Assembly: GCA_000002445.1 (NCBI GenBank)
Contig: CP000068.1
Location: forward strand, 928,001 to 992,000
Direction of reading: 5' to 3'
Origin: Trypanosoma brucei
Taxonomy: Eukaryota
DNA length: 64,000 nt
A model generated the notes under the pieces. The model did no database searches. It was not told where the DNA came from and was given only the letters and a program-made list of their open reading frames with translations. The position numbers and the translations under genes were made by a program. Shown piece by piece: positions 29,526-40,700 of the stretch (within the stretch, counting starts at the first letter, position 1; the number at the start of each line of letters is the position of its first letter).

Positions 29526-30530
29526 ATGGCGTCGGTTGTCAGCCCTCTGAAGGGGACTTCTGTCAATCTTCCCTGGAAATTGTTGGTTGCGGCTGCGCAA
29601 CCATACCAAACACTTTCAGGCCCAGCGCTGTCAGTCAACTTTCTCCAGCAACCGACCCTTATGCCATTTCAGCAGTTTCCTCTTCATCACGCTGGCATCC
29701 CGGGATTGTACTTTCACTCACTCCTGCACAGCCTAGCTGAGTTTGCAACAACACCGCGGCCGGTGCGAGACAACCACGTGAAAATGCTGCATGCGCCAAT
29801 GGAAGACTTCTGGCAGAGGGTTGGAGTTCTAAATTGTGCGTATTACACGTTCTTTACGCCTTTTAGCGGACAGCATCCAGCACTTGGGGCTGTTGAATTG
29901 TCGTTATCGCCACAGCGCAAGCAAAGGGATGTGCGCTTAACCCTTTACAATGGAGTGTACCAACCCATTGCCACAATGATATGCACAGGAGAAGCTGATG
30001 ATCCTTCTTGCAACATTCCGTCGCAGCATGACGCTTTAGCGTGGCCGAAGCCGCATAGCTGTCTTGATGGAGATGCGTTTGGTGCGTCGCTAATTGGAAA
30101 TGTGTCAAAGCTTTCCGATGGCTGCTTCATGCAGGAAGCACTCTTTACAAACAGTAGTGAGTCTGAGGAGGACGTGGTGCCGCCGTGGCGGGTGGACAGG
30201 TGTGTAGCAGATTTCTGCCGTTCTCTAGCAGTGGCAGGATTCCTCGCACCGCATGTTCCTAGTGGAAAACAATGTCACTTTACCATCGCTGCTCAACAGA
30301 CCTTGGCACATGATGATGTCATGAGTGGGGAATCGGTTGTTGTTGTGACTGCCGCCCCCCGTGTATTCGCCAAGTATCGAATGCCCCCGTGGCGTCATCA
30401 AATTGGTCTGCCTCTGTTTGGACCTGGTGTGTATCCGCTCTGTGTGGCACTTCGTGTGGAGATGAGGCAGAAGGGATACACGGTTAATTCGGGAACGTAC
30501 TTCCTTATGGACACGGGGTTGAGTGTGTGA
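29526..30530 (+). CDS. Hypothetical protein (334 aa)
   Basis: Uninterrupted ORF with an ATG start, in register with the plus-strand cluster. No recognisable motif. Confidence 0.55.
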   Translation: MASVVSPLKGTSVNLPWKLLVAAAQPYQTLSGPALSVNFLQQPTLMPFQQFPLHHAGIPGLYFHSLLHSLAEFATTPRPVRDNHVKMLHAPMEDFWQRVGVLNCAYYTFFTPFSGQHPALGAVELSLSPQRKQRDVRLTLYNGVYQPIATMICTGEADDPSCNIPSQHDALAWPKPHSCLDGDAFGASLIGNVSKLSDGCFMQEALFTNSSESEEDVVPPWRVDRCVADFCRSLAVAGFLAPHVPSGKQCHFTIAAQQTLAHDDVMSGESVVVVTAAPRVFAKYRMPPWRHQIGLPLFGPGVYPLCVALRVEMRQKGYTVNSGTYFLMDTGLSV

Positions 30531-31076
30531 GGTGCGGTACGGTACGGGCATTGGCGCATGCACATGTGGGGGAATGTGTGTGCAATTATCCGCAGGCGAT
30601 TGTCACAGCCCCCCTTTTTCCCCACGTTCATGTCTTCATCTCTCAGTGCTCGTGTAATGACTGTGACTCGTAAACACTGTTCTCCGTTTTTATTTTAATT
30701 CTCTTTGTTACTCTCTTACGTAGGTGAAGTGCGGTCCCCTTCGTTTGATTGACTACTGGTGAGATTCGTATCGGCAAAATCAAGGGACTTGAAAGGAACT
30801 AGCAGAAGCAATTAGTGCAGAGGGTAGTGCACTCTTTCCATTCAATTCTGGACATTTTTCTGCCTCAACACCCCACAGCAGGTTGCTTTGTGGTGTTGCT
30901 GTGTTACCGATAATCTCAGTGAGTAGAGTAGGAAGGAGGAGTATATACAGCGAAGGGTACATTACATCGGATTCGGCACCCGCACGGAGCCAAATAGCAA
31001 ATCATCACAAGAAAGGTGTTTGTAGGGAGAGGTACAACACACCTGTAAAGTATTCGTTCATTAGGTGCTGTCCCCC

Positions 31077-32693
31077 ATGGCTAAGAAAAAGAAGTCCAAA
31101 CGGGGCGTAGAAGTAAAGGACATCAGCAACTTTCAGTATGGATACCGTGCGGATTCGTCCAACGCGGTACGTACTCCTGTGGCAACTCGGAGAGTTCCTG
31201 TTGATCCTGCTGTTTTGAAACGCGCATACATTTTGCACAACTTCCAGTTTGTGCTCCGGCATGACGCTCAGCAACTCAGAGCTGTCCCTGGTTTGCCGCA
31301 GAGGCCACACCAGGTAACTGAAGCCCTTCGACTGAGTGGTACAACGCCCCCGTGGGATCTCATTATTGCAGTGGTGGCACGGGGGACGTGGGAGGAGTTT
31401 CACTGCCCGGTGTGCCTGGAGGAGCCACAGGCAGCGCGTATCACGAGTTGTGGCCATGTCTTTTGCTTGGTTTGTGTACTGCAGTACATTTCTAGGCGAA
31501 AAGCGGAGAGCAAGCAGCGGACTTGTCCAGTGTGCAGCAACTTTATTACCGTGGCCTCCCTACGGCCCTGTATGGTCAGGTTGGTAGAACCGCCATCCGT
31601 GGGTGCCAGGGCTTCTTTCACCATGCTGAAGCGTAAAGGGGACTCTTGTATCTTGCTTCGGCAAGATGATCCCTGCTGGAAGGAAACGACCCTTACCGAT
31701 GACGAACTCCGTCTTCCATTCTACGGTGAGCCGTCCGCAACATACAGTAGGTACGTCATCTCCACGGAAAGCGGCGAAGCTACATTGCGTGAGGACGAAT
31801 GCACAGCAATAACGAGGCAAATAAGTATGCTTGAGGCGCAGCCAAGGCCGTTTACATCATTTGATGATGACTTACTTAAAAGGGCCGAAGACGCTCTCCG
31901 ACTTACCCTGCAGGGAGTTCCACAGCAACAATCGGCGGGTGAAACTCGCTCTTCCCCTCCTCTTGCTCCTAAAACACCGGGTACGGAAACAAACATGGCT
32001 TATGAATTTTATGGGGAGACCGACGGGCAGGCGTATTACATGCATCCCATCACATACAAAATGTTGTGTGTGGATGCTGAGGCCCGTAACTCGCCTCTCC
32101 GCAACGTTGTAGAGGCTCCGGTAGAGGAGATTACGACGTTTACGCAGGACGAGGCATCCAGGAAACGCTACAGAGTTTTTGCTCACGTACCACTTCATGC
32201 AACAATAAAGTTGTGTCTTCTTGACCTGAGCGACATTGTTCTTGCGTCCACAATGAAGATTTTCGAACCAACACTTGCACGGCTGCGGAAGTCACGGCAA
32301 CTTCGGGAATCGAGTATTAGCAGCAGTACCGAAGATTCTACGTGGCAGGAGTACCTCCGACGCTACCGCACTGATTGGCGGGGTGAGGCAGAGAGAACTT
32401 TGGAGGATATGAGCCCGATGTCGGAATTTATGATGTCGGAGATGTCTGCAGATTTCGAGCGTCTACCAGCACTTGAACTCTCCCCATCCGATGGTACTCC
32501 GCCCCTTGGTCCCGTGCCGCAAGCATCAGCGGGAAGGGAAACACCCGGAGGAGGTTGCTGGAAGACCGGCAACTCTCTCCAGCTTTTCTCTTCACCTCCA
32601 GTGCGCCCCGTTGTGCCTACATGGGGTGGGCACGGCTTCAATCCAAACAAACCATCGTCGAACGTGTCTCTAGCTGAGGGGCGGAAGAGGTAA
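31077..32693 (+). CDS. RING-finger (C3HC4) protein, RNF10-like putative E3 ubiquitin ligase
   Basis: CPVCLEEPQAARITSCGHVFCLVCVLQYISRRKAESKQRTCPVCS closely parallels human RNF10 [30 protein letters not shown]...KCPIC. The ORF-track start at 31065 is GTG; the first ATG is 31077 (MAKKKKSKRG). Confidence 0.7.
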   Translation: MAKKKKSKRGVEVKDISNFQYGYRADSSNAVRTPVATRRVPVDPAVLKRAYILHNFQFVLRHDAQQLRAVPGLPQRPHQVTEALRLSGTTPPWDLIIAVVARGTWEEFHCPVCLEEPQAARITSCGHVFCLVCVLQYISRRKAESKQRTCPVCSNFITVASLRPCMVRLVEPPSVGARASFTMLKRKGDSCILLRQDDPCWKETTLTDDELRLPFYGEPSATYSRYVISTESGEATLREDECTAITRQISMLEAQPRPFTSFDDDLLKRAEDALRLTLQGVPQQQSAGETRSSPPLAPKTPGTETNMAYEFYGETDGQAYYMHPITYKMLCVDAEARNSPLRNVVEAPVEEITTFTQDEASRKRYRVFAHVPLHATIKLCLLDLSDIVLASTMKIFEPTLARLRKSRQLRESSISSSTEDSTWQEYLRRYRTDWRGEAERTLEDMSPMSEFMMSEMSADFERLPALELSPSDGTPPLGPVPQASAGRETPGGGCWKTGNSLQLFSSPPVRPVVPTWGGHGFNPNKPSSNVSLAEGRKR

Positions 32694-32834
32694 CATGAAG
32701 GGCTGCAATATTTTATTGGGGCGTGCATTTCCGTAAAAAGAAAAAAAATTAAATCAAGTAATGCCAATAACACATTTCTGTGGCGCAGTTTTATGGTTGC
32801 CGAGGAAAAGAGGCATAGAGCTAAAGATGCCCTC

Positions 32835-32888
32835 CACACACACACACACGTATACATCTATATATATATATATATATACGTGTGTGTG
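32835..32888. repeat. Compound microsatellite (CA)7-(TA)10-(TG)4
   Basis: cacacacacacacac gtatacatc tatatatatatatatatata cgtgtgtgtg. Confidence 0.9.
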
Positions 32889-33397
32889 CGGATCGTTCCC
32901 CCCTCTTCACCTAACTTCAGTGGATAAGTGTGAGGAAAGCAGGGGAAAGGACGGTGAAGTAGATACTTCATGTATACAACATGGGTTGGCACTGCCTTCG
33001 GAAGATATATGGCTGGAAGCTGGGCGTGGAAGAGTAAGTTAAGTGAGACCGCGCACCGGATCCTGTCTGCTCCATGGGAAGGATGAATGTGGTTGCGTTA
33101 GTTCGCCCAGGTGTGAGGAGAGGGGTTGTTTGCCATTTTCCTTTTGATCGATCACCGCTCGATGGTGTTTTCTTTGCAGCAAGTGGTTGTGTTTTACACT
33201 TTGAGCCACGTTTCAAAGAATGCAAATTGTTTTTGCTTTTCTTCATCCTTCCTCATTTCCCTCTCCAATTGGGGTTATTTCTTATTACGCTTTTTACCCT
33301 TTAAATTTGTACGCCACGCAAAACCTTCCGGAACCGGAGTGGCGAAGGAAACCGTTTGTGTTACAAGCGATCTTGATTGTTTAGCATATCATGCGAG

Positions 33398-34402
33398 ATG
33401 TGGGGACCAAACCAGGAGGTAGCGCACCCGCGACACGACGGCAAATCATTCTACCTCCCATCAACTAGTGCGGCGGGTGCTGCTGCTCTCGGTGCTTCCC
33501 TACTGCCGCATAGTAACTTGGTTTGTGCGCCATTGAATCCTCATATAGCGCGGGAACCAGTGGATACTGCAACCGGGGATGGTGATGGGACAGTTCGTGC
33601 TTTACTCACACGGTTCCGTATTGAGAACGAGCGACTTCGTGATCAGGTAAAGGCGCACGTGGTGCAAGAAGCTCTCCTTACGCAGCGTTTGCAGGAGTTA
33701 AGTGCAAGAAACACAGCGCTCCACCTACAGGATTTCCGAAAGAGGGATAACGACGCTGTAGTGGAGAAACTGAAGAAGCAACTGGAGGTGAAGGAGATGG
33801 AGGTGCGTGCACTGCAACTTCAAGTTGGAGAGTTAAATGGTCGTATTTCAGCCTACGAGGAGGCGATTTCGCGCCCCGACCACCCCCAGGGTCTTTCTGC
33901 AAATTCGATGGATCGTGTGCGGGAGCTCATTTGTGAAGCTTTGAGCAGTGCAGGTTTTTTGACACGCGTCGCGAATGCGGTGGAGCACTGCCACCCTTCA
34001 ACACACGAGGTAACAGATTGCCCCCGCTCAGTTGAAGAGTGCACTAATCATTGTCTCCAGGCTGCTATGCGCGGGAATAAGGAATTGCCTGGTGAAACAG
34101 CGGCGCGTGGTCACCATGTGTCTTGTGAGGAGCTCGCTTCTGCCCTTCGTGAGGAGGTTTTGTTTTGCGAAACGGTAGCGGTTCGTGTGGCCGCAAAGCT
34201 GTTCATGGAACGTTCGTCAGCGGATTCCTCTGCGAAGGCTGATCGTGGAACTGGTTTGCAGCATCAGGAGGAGTCCGCGCCTCCGCTTGCGAGGCCCACC
34301 GCCGAGTGTCCGGCGGAGGCGCATGAATTGCCGCAAAGTGACCGCCGGCCTCGCCGCAAGCCCGCCGCTCGACCCACCGTGGAGGATTGCGAAGTGCAGT
34401 GA
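33398..34402 (+). CDS. Hypothetical coiled-coil protein
   Basis: ORF with a first ATG at 33398 (track start 33377 is TTG). Central heptad-like region LTRFRIENERLRDQVKAHVVQEALLTQRLQELSARNTALHLQDF...LKKQLEVKEMEVRALQLQVGELNGRISAYEEAI. Confidence 0.5.
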   Translation: MWGPNQEVAHPRHDGKSFYLPSTSAAGAAALGASLLPHSNLVCAPLNPHIAREPVDTATGDGDGTVRALLTRFRIENERLRDQVKAHVVQEALLTQRLQELSARNTALHLQDFRKRDNDAVVEKLKKQLEVKEMEVRALQLQVGELNGRISAYEEAISRPDHPQGLSANSMDRVRELICEALSSAGFLTRVANAVEHCHPSTHEVTDCPRSVEECTNHCLQAAMRGNKELPGETAARGHHVSCEELASALREEVLFCETVAVRVAAKLFMERSSADSSAKADRGTGLQHQEESAPPLARPTAECPAEAHELPQSDRRPRRKPAARPTVEDCEVQ

Positions 34403-34872
34403 AGTGCTTAATGATAGAAGAATATAGAAAAACGCGTCTACCCAATGTGTTTCAGTGCAGACCTTACTCCCTTTCCATATGCCGCCCGCCCCTGTGGCCT
34501 TCACAGTGAGAAGGAGGGATGCATGTGACCCGTGTAACTCTTAGGATTGCATCTCCCCTTGCAACTGACGCTGGGAATGTATTGCCGTCGGATGGGGGGA
34601 GGAGGTGGACAACAATGCTGTCAGCGATGGCGGCGTTGACGTTTTTTTTTTTTTTAAGCCCTCGTTAACTGTTATGTGGATTATTCTTCCTTCTTCCCAT
34701 TTTTCTTTTTCTTATTCGACACATTATCGTGGTACAGAAAGAAGTAGCCGCATCAAAAAAGGTAACTCGACAGAGAGATAAGGCACTTCATTCTCCCGAC
34801 TGGAATCGGTAAGAAAGGTACGAAAGCTACTTAGCGGTTGCCACAGCAAGCTAAAAGCGGAGGTGTTACATC

Positions 34873-35178
34873 ATGTCCTCCGGTTTCCATTTTCATGACG
34901 TGTCCAATGACGCCATCAAAGGAATGCCACCGAGCGAGGCTTTACATAAGCACCTGGAGAATGCGCAGCTCGCGCACCGCATTTGCCTTGCCAAGGCACT
35001 AAAGGCTGGTGAACCCCCTGTGGAAAAATGTGCACTCACGTGGGGTGAAGTGCTCATACGGTACCAGGCCTGGTCCGAGTATCGCCCACCCTTCCAGGAT
35101 AGTGTTGCACAGGCAAAATACAAGAAGTACTGGAGCAAAAAGCGACAGGAAGAGGACGACAAGAATCCATTCAAATAA
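34873..35178 (+). CDS. Small hypothetical protein (101 aa), the last gene of the plus-strand cluster
   Basis: ATG start. Small basic protein; its position is supported by spacing after the previous gene. Could also be spurious. Confidence 0.4.
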   Translation: MSSGFHFHDVSNDAIKGMPPSEALHKHLENAQLAHRICLAKALKAGEPPVEKCALTWGEVLIRYQAWSEYRPPFQDSVAQAKYKKYWSKKRQEEDDKNPFK

Positions 35179-38100
35179 CTGGTGTGCTTAACACGGGGAA
35201 CGGGGCACCCCTTGGGAGTTGCTTGCTGTACGGTTCCAAGGAATGGCGTAACGTTGATGTGTGTGTTTTTAGCGGATATATTTTATTGCAGTGGCGTGTG
35301 TAGCAGTTGGTCGGGTAAGGAATTGAACGAAAATTTGTCTGTTTGTTGGCTGCTTTTTGCAGCCTTAGGAGCATGCTGGAGAGTATTTACACCGAATTAG
35401 TTCCGTTTCCCATTCAGTCTCTCTCCCCTCCTCAAATTTGGGGGGGGGGCTTTTCATGATATTGTTGTGCACGTTGGTAAAACCAAAAAGATTTCTAACT
35501 AAACCTCTATCTCCTCCGCTTATTGTTTTCTGTCACCTTAGCTTTTTCTTCGTTAAAAGGCAATATAGCTCCACTACTCATGGGCGAGATGGGAATGGTA
35601 GGAAAAATAAATGCTCGGCGTGGCTGCGCAAACCAAATACACCTCTCAAAGCCATGTCTTTCTTAGTTTACGGAATTATTTGGATCTAAAGGACGGTGCT
35701 CTTGTCGAGAGGTGAGGTGTCTCCGAGATCAACCACGACACCAGGGCTGTTGATCATCCTTTTCGACTCCATTAGAAAAAGGCTCAGTTAACCACCCGCC
35801 ATATGCAACAACCTTGAGGCAGTTGGCACCGCCTCAACTGCAACGCGAGCGGACGAAGAGGGTGAAACTGTGGGGTTAAAAAGTATTAGGGTCAATGAGG
35901 AAAGTGAAAAGGGAGGGAAGTTGCGGATATTAATCGAGGAGCGAAGGTGGATGTTCATTAGGGCATCCACTCTTCATTAGGTGCCAGAGGAAAGCTGCGT
36001 TGCTTACGCGTCGCGCTTTACACAATCGTGCGGATAGTGAATGAGGCCCCGCTCTGAAGAGTAAATAAGGCAGGAAACTCGGGCACCCGAAACAAAAGCC
36101 AGCAGCGCGAACAAAAAGTGGGAAGTTGGATAGCTGTAGGAAACGCGGCAGCACCAGCGAAGTTTAAACAGAGCCGAATGTTTCCACGGCGGAACACGAG
36201 GATATAGACGAAGGGTATGCCGAGTGGGGCGCCATTGGGAAGCACACGGCTTTTTTTTCTACTTTTTTCGGTTGCCAAAATGCTGCGAATTGCAACCGTA
36301 CAACTGACTGAAGGCGGCCCACTACTCATAGTGCCAAGGTGTTTTTTTTATTTTTGAGCCTCCGAGAGGGATACTTCCCGGAAACGTTTTGAGGTTTCAA
36401 TCGGGATCTTACGGCATGAAGTCTCCAAACCGATTATGAAAGGAGACACATGAAGGCAACATGGCCTCTGACAAAACGAAATGCGAGTGTCCCGGGCGTA
36501 AAATTACGTTAGCGGCACCGACGAGCACCGCATGGGGGCAGCTACTCGAAGCGAAAGATTAAGCGAGTAGCTGGTTGACACAAAGGCGCCTAAGCAAATA
36601 AGCACAGGAAACAATCTCGCTGAAGTTAAAGTTGCCGTTACACCTGGGGAGTGAGGGCTACATAAATGGAATAACTGGAGGAGACTCACTGGATAACAAC
36701 TGTAATAAGCTGGCAGCGGGAAGTGGTCCCCTCCGTTTCACACCTCGTGAGAATAGAATTGTGCTTAGCCCTGTATGTTGGCATGTTCAGATACAGAGCG
36801 CTTGGTAAAGAATGTAATGGAGGGATTATGATCATCGCGCCCACTTTGTAATGAATAGGCGACGCCGGTGCCGTGACATCGCGGTCCGCCCACGGACGCA
36901 GCGAATGGTAAGGAAGTGACGGAAGAAACGCACGAAAGACCGACAAAACGAGAAATAAAAAAAAAAAGGTGGCGACACTCGCGGTTATCTCGTCAGAAAT
37001 ATCCACGGTTCACGGAGAATGCGATAATCGCTATAGCGCGGACGAGGCGTTTGTGTGGGACAAAGTGAAGCACTGTCTCTGGGTTGCCGCTGTCACTAGA
37101 AACTTTGCAGACAAGGGAAAAGAAGGCACGGGGCGTAACACGCAACAGCGGAGCGGCACACTTGCTTCGCGCATACGGATGACACGCGACCAACGAAGAG
37201 AGAAATTCCGCAACCGCTAGAGACTGGAGTAGAGCACCGAGAGTCCTTTATTCATTTGCTTGAAAGTTTAGCAACCTTAAGCGCACACCCACACACACAC
37301 ATAAAAAAAAAAAGATGCGGCTGGCGCGAAAGTTGAAGTTACAGCCGCACACATGGGTAAAAAGTTGGCACGGCTCCTTTACACATACCCTGGTGTGTGC
37401 GTGTGTGCGGGGGGCCATACCAAAAAGCTGGAGAATCTCTCAATGCATTACTGCCGACCACCGGCGAGGAAATCCAGTCCGTACGTCAAAATATAACGTA
37501 GGTGATAATAATGTCGATAACGGTTCCATTCCGCATTCCGACAACTCAAATAAGTGTATTGGTGAGTCCGCAAGGTCTCCACTTCCCCAGTTGATCCTCC
37601 CTGAGGAAAAGAATGTTGAGCGCCCACACCTGCGATGTACACATATAAATTTAAATTGTCATGCCACCAACGCGACCAAGTGTAATAGAACCAATTTGCA
37701 AGGTTCAGTTGAGGTGCCTTTCGTTTATACCGACTGCTGAGCTCATAAGCTAGTTTGTGGTCGATAGTTTCACCCGGCCTCAAAAGGGAAGGGAAACGGT
37801 TACGCGATGGCATGATACTTTGGCTTTTTCTCTATAATATTGGTTTTGTAAAAAAAAAAAAGAGGGTAATGGGAAGATCATTGTGACCGGGAGGTCCAGT
37901 GAAGCATATAGTTTTTTTTTACTGTTATTTCCGCCAAACTAACCAACGAATTGCCACCAAACCCGATAACACTCGGCAGTAGAAACTATCGGGAACTTTC
38001 CTAGAAGCGGCACAACGTATACCAGTGTCTTGAGCGCATTTGTCCGTCCACACCCCGTGATTTTCTCATCTTACCTCGCTTTGCTGCATTCCTCTCCTCC

Positions 38101-39328
38101 TTTCTTTATGTTCATACGCATATATGCTATGTGCGTGTGTTTAAGAGCCAGTGCCAAATGAAGATAACTGACTTGCCTCACCATCCCCTTGAATCCCGTA
38201 CGTTACCTTGCCGACTACGTTTCCGCATCCACAACAACGTTCTAACCTGAGGTTCCACACTTAATAATCCTTCCTCTTTACCGCATGTGTATTCCAGCAT
38301 CACGACGCGCTTAACTCATGCCAGCCGCCGCTGCCACAACATCCGCATCGATTACTTCTGCTCACCATCCTCAATAGCAATATTGTTTGTGTGTGTGTGT
38401 GTGTGTGTTGTATTTGTTTGGTTGCGCCACGCATGCCCTCCAAAGTCAATTAATTCACCCCGTTCCCAGCGATCAAAATACTCAGCTGAGTCGAAGACCG
38501 CAAACGGCACGCACCTTTCCGATGGTTATCCTCAGGTAGTTGGAAATTCTCTGAGGCCGGCCGAGGCCCAAGGCAGCAAAACAAAAAAAAAACAGCAGTT
38601 ACGCGGGGGCGCACATAGCTTCATTTCCCCCCTTGGAAACGGGTCTGAGAAGCAGAACCATCCGTCTCCATAGCGGATCAAACAAAAAAAAACATTCACG
38701 TACATGCTTATAGATTTCTATATGTGTGTGATATCTTCTGCCTGTGATTATATCTATCTTTCCTCTTCGTCGGATTCCAGTTGGTGGGGCATTTGTAATG
38801 TCGTTTTTTTTTTTCGTTTCCTTCCTTTTCCCTTTAAGGACACATATTACCGTGTCACACCCGTTTAAGGTTGGTTGCCCCCCCCTCCCCATGTTTACGT
38901 CCATGCGTGCGTCAGCGCACAGCCGCCCCAATCACTGCTATTTCCAGCACTCCTTCACCAACGCGCATATCAACGGCATGGGGCCTCTCCTCGTTTTTCT
39001 CTCCTCCTACTGATATTGATATGTTCCTCGTTGCTTTTTTTTTTTTTGGAACCAATCACATACCATACTCAGGTATTGGCTTTCCATTCAACTCTTTAAG
39101 ATTCGGAGGCGGGGTATAAATTCAGCAGCTGATTAATGCGTATGTGTGAAGGATCCAGCACAAACCCAGAGGCCTGTGATATTCACTTATTCTCCTTTTC
39201 TTTTCGCATGCTCTTTCGCTTTTACTTCGCCACATTACATCCACATATATATATATATATATATTAGAATTTCCCCCTTATGGTTACCTGTGAAGTTCAC
39301 TTTACACTCGCAAAATTTTCCTCATCCC
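35179..39328. other. Convergent strand-switch region between the two directional gene clusters, a putative RNA polymerase II transcription termination zone
   Basis: Plus-strand genes end at 35178 and minus-strand genes end (3' end) at 39329. Neither strand has an ORF longer than 141 codons. Composition is GC-balanced, unlike the AT-rich intergenic spacers elsewhere in the window. Several long T and A homopolymers (T8 at 36252 and 36347, A12 at 37849, T11 at 38809, T15 at 39037) are present. By eye I found no tRNA A/B boxes. Confidence 0.6.
38388..38408. repeat. (TG)10 microsatellite inside the strand-switch region
   Basis: tgtgtgtgtgtgtgtgtgtgt. Confidence 0.9.
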
Positions 39329-40093
39329 TTATTCCCCCCTAATCTCAAAATCCGGTGTTACCGTCGTGGCGAAGGCTTGCAATTCGTCGTTACGTAGGGC
39401 GCGTGGTAAAGTTTGCGGGTGCCCGTTGACCGAAGGAGGAGGAAATGAGTTCTCAGGATTGGCGGGAGGCAACATGTTAACACCGGATCTTTCCCTAGAC
39501 AGTTCCTCCAGACGGCGGAGGATGCCATCACAGGAGTTCTTTTGCCTTTTCCCCACATTCCACATGTATACTAACGCAGAATATAGCAATTTTCCAACAT
39601 AAATCATTTTCTCTGTTAGATGCAACCTCTTTTTTAATTGCCCCGCGGAGAAGCCCAGTTCCCGAATCCAATCATTGAAATATCCGAAAATGAGGCGGAA
39701 CAACTGAGAACCCGCCTCCAAATCTTTGATGGTTGTATCCCTTGAATCCAATGCCTCTCTCAAGTCATCAATGATTTTCCTCCTAACTTCATCAGCACCA
39801 ACATTACGACCCACCATCGGCCAGTAATATTCCTGAAGGAGAGTGATAAACTGGGGATATGTTGTTTCAGTTTCTAGCGACCACATTCTTCCCTGTTCAT
39901 CCTCAACGGTTGAATGGTTCGTATAAAGTTTTGGGTCATCTAATTTCATGGTTTCGTCAAGCCATGCAATGGCAAAGTTGATATTATATCCCCGGCCGCT
40001 CTTACCGATTCCACCGTGTGTAATTCCTTGTTTGCTCCCCACACTGCTATCAGTTGAATAGTGAACGCGCCCACTGTTTTCTTTGTTAATCAT
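39329..40093 (-). CDS. Hypothetical protein (254 aa) with a Gly-rich loop (GITHGGIGKSGRG) that may bind nucleotide
   Basis: The ORF-track start at 40156 is TTG; the first ATG is at 40093 (MINKENSG...). It is the first gene after the strand switch on the minus strand. Family not recognised. Confidence 0.5.
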   Translation of the reverse strand: MINKENSGRVHYSTDSSVGSKQGITHGGIGKSGRGYNINFAIAWLDETMKLDDPKLYTNHSTVEDEQGRMWSLETETTYPQFITLLQEYYWPMVGRNVGADEVRRKIIDDLREALDSRDTTIKDLEAGSQLFRLIFGYFNDWIRELGFSAGQLKKRLHLTEKMIYVGKLLYSALVYMWNVGKRQKNSCDGILRRLEELSRERSGVNMLPPANPENSFPPPSVNGHPQTLPRALRNDELQAFATTVTPDFEIRGE

Positions 40094-40700
40094 TAACGTT
40101 AATGTTTTTTTTTCCTTTTGTATGGCAGTGACACTAGGCGTTCCCCGCCGCTGCAACGAACTAATATTACTTTTTTTTTCTTCTGCACTACTTCAATTAA
40201 TTGAGGGGTGCGTGTGAGTGCTTATTTTCGTGACCGCAGCAGCTTGTGGTTCTTGTGAGTACCCCCTTCCTTAGAGGGATTTTGGATTGTAAAATAAAAT
40301 AAAATAAGATACGACAATAAATAAATAAGGAAAAGAAAGGAGGAATAATGGTACATTCAACAGAAAATGCACCCAAAAGCGATTCCGTCCCCTCCCCCCC
40401 CCTCCGCTTCCATGTCACCTCACCCATTACTTCCTCTTCCCCACAGCACCTTCGACAACAATCACAAAAGGTACAAGTTATTTTCCCCCTCCACTTCCTC
40501 TTCTTCATCTTCATCTTCATCCCCCTCCATTTGTACTTTCAGTCCACGTGAGCACTAAAACCATCGTTCAATGTTTAACACGGTTCAGTTGTTCCCATCA
40601 CACGGACAGAAAAAGGACCGTATTTCCCACATTTGCGCCTTTCATAAACAATAATAAACACACCCAAAAGAAAAGAAAAGAAAAGTTTCCGCTTGCATCT

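Noticed and set aside
31005-31457. 150-aa minus-strand ORF overlapping the start of the RING-finger gene
   Set aside because: Antisense to a motif-supported gene, with no features of its own.
35179-39328. tRNA, snRNA or 7SL genes in the strand-switch region
   Set aside because: Scanning by eye for B-box (GGTTCGANTCC) and A-box (TRGCNNAGTGG) consensus on both strands found no convincing match. This cannot be excluded without tRNAscan-SE or Infernal, so it is kept only as a suggestion under findings.
40197-40520. 107-aa ORF beginning MKMKMKKRKW
   Set aside because: A low-complexity translation of a GAAGAT/GAGGAA-rich spacer between two minus-strand genes, with no supporting features.
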